64,000 nt of DNA, from assembly GCA_038229635.1 (NCBI GenBank), contig JBBROG010000006.1, forward strand, positions 470-64,469, in the 5' to 3' direction. Source of the stretch: Gemmatales bacterium. GTDB taxonomy: Bacteria > Planctomycetota > Planctomycetia > Gemmatales > Gemmataceae. Shown one piece after another: positions 35,103 to 45,027 of this stretch; within the stretch, counting starts at the first letter, position 1, and each line of letters opens with the position of its first letter. The notes beneath the pieces are model-generated. The model did no database searches and had not been told where the DNA came from. It saw only the letters and a program-made list of their open reading frames with translations. The translations under genes were made by a program, and so were the position numbers.

Positions 35103-36806
35103 ATGGCAGACCGACCCGACACCGAACCCGTCATGAGCCGGCCCGGCCTCTTCCTCCCGCCCTCCCCCGAGCCCGACCCGAACGGCTACCGCACCGCGCC
35201 CGACCACGAGACGACCGGCTGGCCGCCCGGCGTGCCGTACATCGTCGGCAACGAGGCGTGCGAGCGCTTCAGCTATTACGGGATGAAAGCCATCCTGTTT
35301 CAGCACCTCGCCGCCCTCTACCTGATCGGCGCCGTCGTCAAGGCGGACGCCGACCGCATGGCGACCCAGACGACGCACCTCTTCTTCGCCGGCGCCTACG
35401 CCCTGCCGATGATCGGCGCCATCGTCGCCGACCGCCTCGCCGGCAAGTACCGCACCATCCTCTGGCTGTCGCTCTTCTACTGCGCCGGCCACGCCGTCCT
35501 CGCCGTCGCCGAAAACACCCTCGGCGGCATGTACCTCGGCCTCGCCCTCATCGCCGTCGGCGCCGGCGGCATCAAGCCGTGCGTCTCCGCCAACGTCGGC
35601 GACCAGTTCGGCAAGAACAACTGGCGCCGCGTCGGCACCGTTTATCAGATCTTCTATTTCAGCATCAACTTCGGCTCGTTCTTCTCCACTCTACTCATCC
35701 CCTGGCTGCGCGACACCTTCGGCGCGGGCGTCGCCTTCGGCGTCCCCGGCGTCCTGATGTTCCTTGCCACCGTCGTCTTCTGGGCGGGGCGGCGGAAGTA
35801 CGTCCACGTCCCGGCGCGGCCGGGCGGTAGGGTCGGCCTGCTCGACACGCTCAGCTCCACTGCCCTGTTCCTCGCCGTCGGCCACCTCTTCTTCACGAGC
35901 CACCTGGCCCGCGAGTACGGCGCCGCCGGGGTCGCCGGCCTCGTGCTGCTGTCGCTCGTCTTCGCGGCCGTCGGCCTCGCCCTCTTCTCCTACCGGCAGA
36001 GGGTCGCGCCCGACGACGGGTTCCTGTCGATCACGCTGTACGCCGTCCGCCGCTTCTTCGCGGGGGGGATGGCGCTCCCGTCCGAAGCGGGCGGGGACTC
36101 GCCGCTGGAACGCAGCCGCTTCTGGGGGCCGGCGGTGGCGCGCTTCGGCGCGCGCGCGACCGAAGGGCCGGTGGCGGTCCTCCGCATCATGTCGGTCTTC
36201 CTCCTCGTCAGCGTCTTCTGGGCGCTGTTCGAGCAGCACAGCTCGACCTGGATCGCCCAGGCCGCGAAGATGGACCTGACCGCCTGGGGCGACTGGAAGG
36301 TCAAGGCGGCGCAGACGGGGTCGATGAACCCGATCCTGGTGATGATCCTGATCCCGCTGATGAACCCGGTGTACGCCTTCCTGACGCGGCGGGGGCTGAC
36401 GCCGACGCCGCTGCGCCGCCTCACGGTCGGCCTGTTCATCACGTCGCTGTCGTTCGTGACCGTCGCCCTGCTCCAGGCCCGCATCGACGCCGCCGGCGAG
36501 GGGATGGTCTGGGTCGGCTACCAGGCGATCGCTTACTTCTTTTTGACGGTCGGAGAAATCCTCGTCTCGATCACGGGGCTGGAGTTCGCCTACGCGCAGG
36601 CCCCGCGGCGGATGAAGTCGACCGTCATGGGCTTCTGGCTACTGATGATATCGCTCGGCAACGTCCTTGTCGTCTTCCTCACGAGTTTCAAGGGACTGCC
36701 GCTGGTGCAGTTCTTCTGGCTGTTCGCCGGCCTGATGGCCGGCGCGGGCGCGGTCTTCGGCCTGCGGGCGTACTTCTACGTGCCGCGGGATTACCTCCAG
36801 GAGTGA
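35103..36806 (+). CDS. POT/PTR2 family peptide:proton symporter
   Basis: Signature GNEACERFSYYGMKAIL is present. This is the internal ATG of track ORF 35007..36806. Confidence 0.85.
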   Translation: MADRPDTEPVMSRPGLFLPPSPEPDPNGYRTAPDHETTGWPPGVPYIVGNEACERFSYYGMKAILFQHLAALYLIGAVVKADADRMATQTTHLFFAGAYALPMIGAIVADRLAGKYRTILWLSLFYCAGHAVLAVAENTLGGMYLGLALIAVGAGGIKPCVSANVGDQFGKNNWRRVGTVYQIFYFSINFGSFFSTLLIPWLRDTFGAGVAFGVPGVLMFLATVVFWAGRRKYVHVPARPGGRVGLLDTLSSTALFLAVGHLFFTSHLAREYGAAGVAGLVLLSLVFAAVGLALFSYRQRVAPDDGFLSITLYAVRRFFAGGMALPSEAGGDSPLERSRFWGPAVARFGARATEGPVAVLRIMSVFLLVSVFWALFEQHSSTWIAQAAKMDLTAWGDWKVKAAQTGSMNPILVMILIPLMNPVYAFLTRRGLTPTPLRRLTVGLFITSLSFVTVALLQARIDAAGEGMVWVGYQAIAYFFLTVGEILVSITGLEFAYAQAPRRMKSTVMGFWLLMISLGNVLVVFLTSFKGLPLVQFFWLFAGLMAGAGAVFGLRAYFYVPRDYLQE

Positions 36807-36809
36807 CCT

Positions 36810-36844
36810 CCCCGCGGCGCGACGCGCCGCGGGGCGCATTTTTT
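36810..36844 (+). terminator. Rho-independent terminator
   Basis: ccccgcggcgcg / cgcgccgcgggg stem immediately after the stop, followed by a T6 run at 36839-36844. Confidence 0.75.
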
Positions 36845-36867
36845 CCCATTATTCCTCGGGTGCGCGA

Positions 36868-38370
36868 ATGGACAAACAGACGGTTTCCGGGACTCCCGAC
36901 TCAGGACTCGACGCCGGGCCGGCGGGCGGAACGGCCCCGACCAGCCACCCCACCGGCTTCTTCTTCATCTTCTTCGGGGAGATGGCCGAACGCTTTTCCT
37001 ACTACGGCATGCGGGCCATCCTGCCGCTGTACCTGACCACCGTCCTCCATTACCAGGACACTGACGCGATCGAGATCTACTCCTACTTCAAGGCCGCCTG
37101 CTACCTCCTGCCCCTACTCGGCGGCTTTCTCGCCGACCGCTACTTCGGCAAGTACTGGACCATCGTCGGCTTCTCCGTTCCTTACGTCGCCGGTCACTTC
37201 GTCCTCGGCATCGAGAGCCGGGTGGCCCTCGTCCTGGCCCTCGCCCTCCTGGCGGGCGGCAGCGGCGTCATCAAGCCGAACATCTCCACCCTGATGGGAC
37301 TGACCTACGACCGGAAGCGCCCCGGTCAGGAAGCGCTGCGGAGTTCCGCCTTCCTCTGGTTCTACTTCGCGATCAACGTCGGCGCCACCATCTCCCTGTA
37401 CGCTCTGCCCGAGATCCGGGAATACATGGCCCGGCCGGACCCGGCTTTGGTCGCCGCGTCGGTCGTCGGCGGCCTGACGGAGCCCGGCGGGCAGCCCTGG
37501 GCCGCGCTGGGGTCGGTGGCGACGATTCAAGCCGTAAGAGAAGCTAATTATCCTCTGGCCTACAAGGTTGCCTTCCAGTTCCCGGCCTGGCTGATGGTGA
37601 TCGCGCTGGCCATTTTCGCCGCCGGCAAGCGCCATTACGCCGTCGAGGTGATCGACCGCACCCGGCGGACGACCCCCGAGGAGAGCCGGCAGCGCTGGGC
37701 CACCCTGACGACGCTCTTCGGCATCTTCGGCCTGATGGTCTTCTTCTGGATCGCCTACGAGCAGAACGATAACCTCTGGACCTTCTTCGCTCGCGACCGC
37801 GTCAACCGCGTCCTCGACTTCGGATTCTTTAAGACGAAGGAATTCGCGCCCGACCAATTCCAGTTCATCAACGGCCTGCTGGTCCTCGTCTTCGCGCCAC
37901 TCTTCGGCATGTTTTTCCGCAAGTTCGACCCGCAGGGGACCACGTTCAAAGCCACGACCAAGATCCTGATCGGCTTCCTGCTCACGGCCGCCGCGTCGGC
38001 CGTCATGTCCCTGGCCGCCGGACAGGCCGCCGGCGGGGAGAAGGTGTCGGCGTGGTGGATTGTCCTCGCTTATTTCGTGCTGACGGCCGGCGAGGTCCTC
38101 CTGTACGGCACGGGGCTGGAGTTGGCCTTCACGGCCGCGCCCGCCAGCATGAAGGGCTTCGTCACCGCCTGCTTCCTGCTGACGAACACGCTCGGCAATC
38201 TCATCAATTCCCGGCTCTCGAAGTGGTACGAGACGAGAATGGCCGCGGCGCCGTTCTTCGCCATGACGGCGGGCATCGTCGTTCTGGCGGCGGTCGCCTT
38301 CGTCTTCGTCGGCCGGCAGTTCAACCGCCGGCCCGCGGAGGGGGCCGCCGCCAACGGAGACCTCTCATGA
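36868..38370 (+). CDS. POT/PTR2 family peptide:proton symporter (second copy)
   Basis: Signature GEMAERFSYYGMRAIL is present. Length is 500 aa. Confidence 0.85.
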   Translation: MDKQTVSGTPDSGLDAGPAGGTAPTSHPTGFFFIFFGEMAERFSYYGMRAILPLYLTTVLHYQDTDAIEIYSYFKAACYLLPLLGGFLADRYFGKYWTIVGFSVPYVAGHFVLGIESRVALVLALALLAGGSGVIKPNISTLMGLTYDRKRPGQEALRSSAFLWFYFAINVGATISLYALPEIREYMARPDPALVAASVVGGLTEPGGQPWAALGSVATIQAVREANYPLAYKVAFQFPAWLMVIALAIFAAGKRHYAVEVIDRTRRTTPEESRQRWATLTTLFGIFGLMVFFWIAYEQNDNLWTFFARDRVNRVLDFGFFKTKEFAPDQFQFINGLLVLVFAPLFGMFFRKFDPQGTTFKATTKILIGFLLTAAASAVMSLAAGQAAGGEKVSAWWIVLAYFVLTAGEVLLYGTGLELAFTAAPASMKGFVTACFLLTNTLGNLINSRLSKWYETRMAAAPFFAMTAGIVVLAAVAFVFVGRQFNRRPAEGAAANGDLS

Positions 38371-39563
38371 CCCGTTATAAATCCTGGACGCTGACCGACG
38401 TCGCCAGCGACCTGTGGATCGACAGCTTCGCCGTCAGCAACGACGCCCTGCGCCTGCCGACGCCGCACGACTGGTCGGTGCGCAAGCGCACCCTGCGCGG
38501 CGGCGTCCGCGACGGTGTCGACGTCATCGAGGTCCACAACGGCGCCCTGTCCTACGTCGTGCTGCCGACACGCGGCATGGGGCTGTGGCGCGGCGAGTAC
38601 CGCGGCAACTTCCTCGGCTGGCGCTCGCCGGTCCTGGGGCCGGTCCATCCCAAGCACGTCAACCAGGGCGACCACGGCGGACTCGGCTGGCTCACCGGCT
38701 TCGACGAGTGGGTCGTCCGCTGCGGCCTCGCCTCGAACGGCCCGCCGGGAGAGGACGTCGTCACGCACAAGGACGGCCGCGCGTCGCGCGCGCCGCTGAC
38801 GCTGCACGGCCGCATCGCCAACCGGCCCGCCCACTTCGTCGAGGTGCGCGTCAGCCTCGACCCGCCTTTTGAGATCAGTGTCGTCGGCCACGTCGAGGAG
38901 TCGGGCCTGTTCCTGCCGCACTTGCACCTGACGACGACGATCACGACCGTCCCCGGCTCGAACCGCCTGGTCATTCACGACGCCGTCGAGAACCGGGCGG
39001 CGACGCCGGCGGAGTCGCAGTTGCTCTACCACGTCAACGTCGGCCCGCCGTTCCTGGGGGCCGGCAGCCGCGTCGTCGCCCCCATCCGCGAGCTGGCGCC
39101 GCTGACGAAGCGCGCCGCCGAGGGGATCGACACCTTCGAGACGTACCTCGGCCCGACGCCGGGCTACGCGGAGCAGACCTATGCCTACGACCTGCTCGCC
39201 GACGGCTACGGCAAGACGCTCGCCGTGCTGTATAATGCGGCGGCGGACCGGGGCGTGGTGCTGCGCTTCCGCCACGACGAGCTGCCGTGCTTTACCGTGT
39301 GGAAGAACACCGGCGCCGCCGAGGACGGGTACGTCACGGGCCTGGAGCCGGCGACGAACTACCCGAATTTCAAAACGTTCGAGAGGCAGAACGGCCGCGT
39401 CCGGGTGGTGCCGCCGGGCGGGCACTGGGAGGCGACGGTGACGGTCGAGGTGCAGGACACGCGCGAGGGCGTCGCCGGCGTCCTCGCCGAGGCTGCGAAG
39501 TTGCAGGCATTGGCGCCGAAGACGATCCACAAAGCGCCCAGGGCGAAGTTTTCGGCGGTGTGA
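38367..39563 (+). CDS. Aldose 1-epimerase-like (DUF4432-type) protein
   Basis: ATG 38367 overlaps the POT stop (ATGA). It has a beta-sandwich mutarotase-like pattern. The assignment is from memory of the family. Confidence 0.6.
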   Translation: MTRYKSWTLTDVASDLWIDSFAVSNDALRLPTPHDWSVRKRTLRGGVRDGVDVIEVHNGALSYVVLPTRGMGLWRGEYRGNFLGWRSPVLGPVHPKHVNQGDHGGLGWLTGFDEWVVRCGLASNGPPGEDVVTHKDGRASRAPLTLHGRIANRPAHFVEVRVSLDPPFEISVVGHVEESGLFLPHLHLTTTITTVPGSNRLVIHDAVENRAATPAESQLLYHVNVGPPFLGAGSRVVAPIRELAPLTKRAAEGIDTFETYLGPTPGYAEQTYAYDLLADGYGKTLAVLYNAAADRGVVLRFRHDELPCFTVWKNTGAAEDGYVTGLEPATNYPNFKTFERQNGRVRVVPPGGHWEATVTVEVQDTREGVAGVLAEAAKLQALAPKTIHKAPRAKFSAV

Positions 39564-39591
39564 CAACCGCTTTCGGGAAAGGAGAAGAGTC

Positions 39592-40530
39592 ATGACGCCA
39601 GTCGGAGTCGCCGACGCCCCGGAGGTCCTCGCGGGGCCGGACCACACCCAACTTCCTGATTCGGACGGGGCGATGGTGACGAACTTCCAGGAATTCCCCC
39701 TGAGCTTCCTGCTCCTCGACTGCCTTCAGCCGATCCTGAAGATCCTTTTCCCCGACGGGCGGTACGCCATCGGCCAGGATGCCGGCATCTACTGGCGGCT
39801 GACCGACCCGCCTCTGGACGGGTGCAAGGCGCCCGACTGGTTCCTCGTCATCGGCGTGCCGCCGCTGCTGGACGGCGTCGGGCGCCGCTCCTACGTCCTG
39901 TGGCGCGAGCGCGTGATCCCGCTGATCCTCATCGAGTTCGTGTCGGGCGACGGGTCGGAGGAGCACGACCGGACGCCCAACACGGGCAAGTTCTGGGTCT
40001 ACGAGCAGGGGATTCGCGCCCCCTACTACGCGATCTTCGACGCCGACAACGACCGCCTCGAGGTCTACGAGCTGCGGGACGGCCGCTACGTCGCGCTGAC
40101 CCCGAACGAGTACGGCCGCTTCCTCATCCCGCCGCTCCGCGTCGAACTGGGCATCTGGCACGGCCGCTTCTTGAGCATGGAGCTGCCCTGGCTGCGCTGG
40201 TGGGACAATGAAGGGAATCTCCTGCCGTCGAGCGACGAGTACATCGAGCAGGAGAAGCAGCGCGCTCGGCGGGAGAGGCGACAGGCCAAGCTGGAAAAAC
40301 AGCGCGCCGAGCAAGCGGAGGGGCGCACCGAGCAGGAGAAGCAGCGCGCCACGCAAGCGGAGAGTCGCACCGAGCGGGAGAAGCAGCGTGCCGAGAAAGA
40401 AAAGCGGCGCGCCGAGCGAGAGAAGCAGCGCGCCGAGCAGGAGAAGCAGCGCGCCGAGACCGCCGAAGAGAACAGCAAGCGCCTGGCGGAGAAGCTGCGG
40501 GCGCTGGGCATCGATCCGGACGCCGTGTAG
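39592..40530 (+). CDS. Uma2 (DUF820) family PD-(D/E)xK endonuclease-fold protein with repetitive charged C-terminal tail
   Basis: The core contains APDWFLV ... LILIEFVS. The tail consists of EKQRAE-type repeats. Confidence 0.75.
   Translation: MTPVGVADAPEVLAGPDHTQLPDSDGAMVTNFQEFPLSFLLLDCLQPILKILFPDGRYAIGQDAGIYWRLTDPPLDGCKAPDWFLVIGVPPLLDGVGRRSYVLWRERVIPLILIEFVSGDGSEEHDRTPNTGKFWVYEQGIRAPYYAIFDADNDRLEVYELRDGRYVALTPNEYGRFLIPPLRVELGIWHGRFLSMELPWLRWWDNEGNLLPSSDEYIEQEKQRARRERRQAKLEKQRAEQAEGRTEQEKQRATQAESRTEREKQRAEKEKRRAEREKQRAEQEKQRAETAEENSKRLAEKLRALGIDPDAV
40247..40460 (+). repeat. Imperfect tandem DNA repeats (gagaagcagcgcgccgag units) encoding an EKQRAE coiled-coil tail
   Basis: There are at least six copies of gagaagcagcg[ct]gcc within the Uma2 CDS. 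Confidence 0.6.
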
Positions 40531-40542
40531 GTCGTGGGCGGG

Positions 40543-41988
40543 TCAGACGGCCGTTCGGCGCGGGTCGAACGGCCACGCCCCGCCGCGCCACGACCAGAGC
40601 AGGAACACGCCGACGCCCGCCGTCAGCGTCGCCAGGCCGAGCGCGATAAATAGCCACCCGGCGGCGACGTACAGGTACAGCCACCCCACGAGCGCCAGCA
40701 GGCACGGCAGCGGATAGAGCCAGATCCGGTAAGGGCGCGGCATCTCCGGCCGCAGCCGCCGCAGCAGCACCACGCCGACGATTTGGGCCACGAACTGCTC
40801 CAGGATGCGCGTCACGATCAGGGCGTTGATGACGTTTTGCAGGTCGAAAAAGCTCCAGAACAGCACCAGGGCGCCGACCGCCAGCAGCGAGACGTGCGGG
40901 ATGCGGTGCCGCGCGTGGACCTTCGCGAAGGCGGAGAAGAAATGTCCGTAGCGCGCCGCCCCGTAGGGGATGCGCGAGTAGCCGAGCAGGCCGGCGAACG
41001 CCGAGCCGAAGCAGCTCCACATCAACAGCAGCGTCACCAGCGTGACGGCGACGCTCCCCTCGCCGTGGCACGCCGCCATGAATGTCGCCGCGAGGCTGAA
41101 GTCGTCGAGGTCCTTCCCTTTGGACGGCACCGCCCGCCACGACACCGTGCCGAGCATCGCCAGGTGCAGGCCAACGAAAAGGACGACGACGAGCAGGGCG
41201 CTCAACAGGATGGCGCGCGGGATGGTGCGGCCGGGGTCGCGCACCTCGTCGCCGACGTAGCAGATGTTGTAATAACCGAGGTAGGAATACATGGCGAGGA
41301 TCATCGCCGTGCCGAGGTTGCTCGCGAAGTCGTCCGGCCGCGCCGCCGCCTTCCCGCTGAAGTCGAACGCCGTCGCCGCGTCGAAGCGCAGCGCCCCTTC
41401 GACCAGGATCCAGGCAATGACGGCGAGGACGCCGAGCCAGAACGTGACCGTCAGCCGGCCCAGCGTCGTGACACGGCGGTAGAGCAGTCCGAGGACGACG
41501 ACGCCGGCGGCCAGGCCGATCAGCCGCGCCGGACCGAACGACACGCCGAGCTTCTGCGCCTCCCAGAGCGACAGCGACCAGGTGTATTCCTCGTTGAACG
41601 CCGCGAACGCCGGGCTGAGCTGCGTCGAGAACGTCGCCATCGCGATCAGGCCGGAGGCGATTTCGAGCGGCCCGCTGATGAGGAACTGCCAGATGAACAG
41701 GAACGCCATCAGCCGGCCCCAGCGCTCGCGGCCGAAGCTCTCCAACAGGTACAGGTACGACCCGCCCGAGCCCGGCAGGGCGGCGCCGAGTTCGCTCCAG
41801 ACGGTGCTGTCGACGAGGATCAGCAGGCCGGCGCACACCCACCCGAGCAGCGCGTAGGGGCCGGGCAGGGCGACGAGCATGAAGGGGATCGTCGCGAAGA
41901 CGCCGGCGCCGACGACCTGCGTCACGTTCAGCGCGGTCGCCTGCACGAGGCCGAAATGGCGCTGGAGTCCGCCCGAAGTTTCACCCAC
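40543..41988 (-). CDS. APC superfamily amino acid permease
   Basis: It has about 12 TM segments and the N-terminal region ATALNVTQVVGAGVF. The start is GTG. Confidence 0.85.
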   Translation of the reverse strand: MGETSGGLQRHFGLVQATALNVTQVVGAGVFATIPFMLVALPGPYALLGWVCAGLLILVDSTVWSELGAALPGSGGSYLYLLESFGRERWGRLMAFLFIWQFLISGPLEIASGLIAMATFSTQLSPAFAAFNEEYTWSLSLWEAQKLGVSFGPARLIGLAAGVVVLGLLYRRVTTLGRLTVTFWLGVLAVIAWILVEGALRFDAATAFDFSGKAAARPDDFASNLGTAMILAMYSYLGYYNICYVGDEVRDPGRTIPRAILLSALLVVVLFVGLHLAMLGTVSWRAVPSKGKDLDDFSLAATFMAACHGEGSVAVTLVTLLLMWSCFGSAFAGLLGYSRIPYGAARYGHFFSAFAKVHARHRIPHVSLLAVGALVLFWSFFDLQNVINALIVTRILEQFVAQIVGVVLLRRLRPEMPRPYRIWLYPLPCLLALVGWLYLYVAAGWLFIALGLATLTAGVGVFLLWSWRGGAWPFDPRRTAV

Positions 41989-42001
41989 GGCCCTCGCCTC
42001 C

Positions 42002-42661
42002 TCACGGCACGCGCGCCACGAACGTTTCCAGTTGGCCCATGTCGTACAGCGGCGGGCCGTGGCCGAAGCAGACGACCGACGGCCGCAGCGCCAGCAGCTG
42101 CCGCATCGACTCCCGGTTGCGGCGCGGGTCGAACGAGAACGCCCACGGCGGCTCGCGCAGCCCCGGCTTGCCCGTCACGAAGTTGGTGTTCGCCAGCACG
42201 TCGCCGGCAATGCACAGCCGATCCGACTCGCGAAAGTAGAAAACATGCCCTGGCGTGTGCCCCGGCGCGTGGACGACGCGGAAGCCGCCGACCTCGTCGC
42301 CGTCGCGCAGCACGCGGCCGACCGGACACGGCGGGCCGGCGATGAGAGACAGAAATCGCCGGCCCAGCCAGCTGTCGCGCGGCATCATCGACCGCCGCCC
42401 CTCCGTCGCCGCGGCGTCGTCCTCGTGGCAGGCGAGCGGCACGCCGAAGCGGCGGCAGACCGCGCGGGCCGCGCCCTGGTGGTCCGGGTGGCAGTGCGTC
42501 AGCATCACCCCCGACAGGCGGCGGCCGCGCAACGGACGCAGGATGCGTCGGCGATCCCAGCGCGTGCCGGCGTCGACGAGTATGTCCCCCGCCAGGTAGA
42601 CGTTAATCATGTCTTTGGGCCAGCCGTCGAGCTGCCACACGCCTTCGGCCACGAGCCTCAT
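42002..42661 (-). CDS. MBL-fold metallo-hydrolase
   Basis: Motif THCHPDHQG is present. This is the internal ATG of track ORF 42002..42913. Confidence 0.8.
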   Translation of the reverse strand: MRLVAEGVWQLDGWPKDMINVYLAGDILVDAGTRWDRRRILRPLRGRRLSGVMLTHCHPDHQGAARAVCRRFGVPLACHEDDAAATEGRRSMMPRDSWLGRRFLSLIAGPPCPVGRVLRDGDEVGGFRVVHAPGHTPGHVFYFRESDRLCIAGDVLANTNFVTGKPGLREPPWAFSFDPRRNRESMRQLLALRPSVVCFGHGPPLYDMGQLETFVARVP

Positions 42662-42773
42662 GCGACGGACCTCCTCCTGTACCCCGCGCCCTCCACGCAG
42701 TATAGTCACCAACACGTCGCCCGACGGTGGTTGCCCCGCCGTGTCGCACACGCAGGTTGCTGGAGGACGAACG

Positions 42774-43499
42774 ATGCGCAAGATCTCGTGGCTGCTCCTG
42801 GCCGCGCTGGCCCTGGCGTTGGCGCCGGGCGCCCGCGCCGAGGACAAGGCGGCGCCCAACACGCTGACCGAGAAGGAGAAGGCGGGCGGCTGGAAGCTGC
42901 TCTTCGACGGCACGACGACGCACGGCTGGCACGCCTACAAGGGCAAGGGCATCCCCGACAAGTGGAAGGCCGTCGACGGCGCGCTGGTCATCAGCCCGAA
43001 GAACGGCAAGAACGGCGGCGACATCGTCACCGACGACGAATACGCCAACTTCGAGTTGGCGTTCGACTGGAAGGTGACGCCCGGCGCCAACAGCGGCGTC
43101 ATGTACCGCATCGCCGAGACCGAGGACGCCCCGTACTTCACCGGGCCGGAGTACCAGGTGCTCGACAACACCCGCCACCCCGACGGCAAGCTGAAGGAGA
43201 CGTCGGCCGCGTCGTGCTACGCCCTTTACGCCCCCACGAAGGACGTGACGAAGCCGGTCGGCGCGTGGAACCGCTCGCGCATCGTCGTGCGCGGCGACCG
43301 CGTCGAACACTGGCTCAACGGCGAGAAGGTCGTCTCCTACGAGTTCGGCAGCGCCGACTGGAACGAGCGCGTGGCCAAGAGCAAGTTCCGCGACTGGAAG
43401 AAGTTCGGCACGCTGAAGAAGGGCCACATCGATTTTCAGGACCACGGCGACGAGGTCCACTACCGCAACATCAAGATCAAAACGCTGGACCAGAAGTGA
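42774..43499 (+). CDS. Secreted DUF1080 domain protein
   Basis: A signal peptide MRKISWLLLAALALALAPGARA, the motif LFDGTTTHGW and the C-terminal YRNIKIK are present. Confidence 0.85.
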   Translation: MRKISWLLLAALALALAPGARAEDKAAPNTLTEKEKAGGWKLLFDGTTTHGWHAYKGKGIPDKWKAVDGALVISPKNGKNGGDIVTDDEYANFELAFDWKVTPGANSGVMYRIAETEDAPYFTGPEYQVLDNTRHPDGKLKETSAASCYALYAPTKDVTKPVGAWNRSRIVVRGDRVEHWLNGEKVVSYEFGSADWNERVAKSKFRDWKKFGTLKKGHIDFQDHGDEVHYRNIKIKTLDQK

Positions 43500-43601
43500 T
43501 CGTCGGCGGCGCTGGAGGCGGCGGCCGCGCGGGACGACCGGGCGTTTCACGACCCGCCCTCGAAAGGCGTGGGACGTGAAACGCCGGCCCGCCGGGCGCC
43601 G

Positions 43602-44366
43602 TCACACCAGGCTCTCCAGCAGATATTTCAGCTTGCGCACCTCCGGTTCCATGACGAACGGCGCGTCGGGCACGTCGCGGATGTCGACGCTCAGGACGCG
43701 GCCGTAGCGGTGCCGCATCAGCTGCGAGACGACCCGGCCGTACTCGATCTCCCCCTGGCCGATGCGTACCTGGAACTGGTGCGGCGCGGCGCCGGTGTCG
43801 CGCAGGCGCACGTGACGCACGAACGGGTAGAGCGGATCCCAGCCCTTCGCCGCATGCGGCCCGGCGACGTAGTGGCTCGGGTCGAGGGTCAGCCCGAGGT
43901 TAGGGACGCGCTGACACAGCGTCAGGGCGGTGTCGGGGTCCTCGGTGATCATGCCGATTTGCGTCGGCACGGTGAGGATGATCCCCTCCTTGGTGGCGAG
44001 GCGCGTCAACTCGGTGAGGCGCCGCGCCTCGCGGTCGAGGCTGCCGCCCGCCGCGGCCGTCGGGATGGAGATCAGCGGCACGCTGCTGACGCGCGCCAGG
44101 CGGCACATGGCCTGAAGTTGCTTCTTGTAAGCGTCGGCGTCGGGCGCGTCGATGACGACGGAGAAGGCAACCGGCGTCAGGCCGGGGCCGACGCGCAAGT
44201 GGAGCGCCGCCGCGTGGATGTCCGCGGCGACCTCCGACGGCCGCAGGTGCGGGCCTTCCTCGTGGATGGCCACGTCCACTTTGCTGAAGCCCAGCTCGGC
44301 GATGATCGCCAGGGCGCGTTCGAGCGGGTGCTTCCCGAAACAGAGTGTTGAGCAAGCGACGATCAC
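43602..44366 (-). CDS. Sugar phosphate isomerase/epimerase (xylose isomerase-like TIM barrel)
   Basis: It has a typical AP-endonuclease-2/TIM pattern. The start is GTG. Confidence 0.75.
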   Translation of the reverse strand: MIVACSTLCFGKHPLERALAIIAELGFSKVDVAIHEEGPHLRPSEVAADIHAAALHLRVGPGLTPVAFSVVIDAPDADAYKKQLQAMCRLARVSSVPLISIPTAAAGGSLDREARRLTELTRLATKEGIILTVPTQIGMITEDPDTALTLCQRVPNLGLTLDPSHYVAGPHAAKGWDPLYPFVRHVRLRDTGAAPHQFQVRIGQGEIEYGRVVSQLMRHRYGRVLSVDIRDVPDAPFVMEPEVRKLKYLLESLV

Positions 44367-44453
44367 GGCTTCCTCCGTTGACGCCGGTGGAGTAATGAGG
44401 GAGCCGGCCTTATACCGACCGCCCCGCGCCTCGGGAAGGCCAGAATGAGTACT

Positions 44454-44615
44454 CAGTACTGAGAGTCTATCCCGTAAGCCCCCCCTCGCCCCAGTACTCA
44501 GGGGTGATGGGTCGGGGGGGAGGGGTTTTTCCGGCCCGCAAAGACACCCCTCACCCCCAACCCCTCTCCCCTGAGTACAGGGGCGAGGGGCTTACGGGAC
44601 AGACTCTCAGTACTG
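44454..44615. repeat. About 160-bp long imperfect palindrome with AGTACT-containing arms
   Basis: The left arm is cagtactgagagtctatcccgtaagcccc...ctcagggg. The right arm is its near-perfect reverse complement. It lies in a divergent intergenic region. A partial related motif occurs at 630-650. Confidence 0.75.
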
Positions 44616-44677
44616 ACGAAGACATGTGTGCAGCGAGATGCTATGGCAGGCCCGACCGGGCGACTTAAGGAGGCTCC

Positions 44678-44986
44678 ATGTCCGCACAACTCCCTCCGCC
44701 AGTGCCCCCTGCCTCGTGGGCGCAAGTCCTCGAACGGATCGAGCAGTCCCTCGCCGAGGCCGTCCGGCGGTCCGAGGAGCGCGAGCAATCCTTGCAAGCC
44801 TCCCCCGAGACTGCGCCTCCCGCCGGGCCGGACGTCCTCGCCCGCCTCGACGAGACGGTCGCCGCCTTTGGCCGCTGCGTGGACCGCGCCGCCGCCCGCG
44901 CCGCCGAGGCCGATGCCGTCCTCGCCGAGGCCGCCGACGGCCTGGGCGCGTGGCTGCGGCGCGCGGCGCTCTATCATGAGCGGTAG
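44678..44986 (+). CDS. Hypothetical protein (102 aa)
   Basis: The ATG is preceded by AAGGAGG. The protein is Ala/Glu-rich and helical. It lies upstream of ispD. Confidence 0.5.
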   Translation: MSAQLPPPVPPASWAQVLERIEQSLAEAVRRSEEREQSLQASPETAPPAGPDVLARLDETVAAFGRCVDRAAARAAEADAVLAEAADGLGAWLRRAALYHER

Positions 44987-45027
44987 CGGGCGCGCCCCGC
45001 GCCCGATCCTCGCCGCCGAGGTGTGCC

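Noticed and set aside
40247-40460. Regular-looking short repeats that might be taken for a CRISPR array.
   Set aside because: The repeats are contiguous and imperfect, with no spacers. They lie inside an open reading frame that encodes EKQRAE repeats. No cas genes are present.
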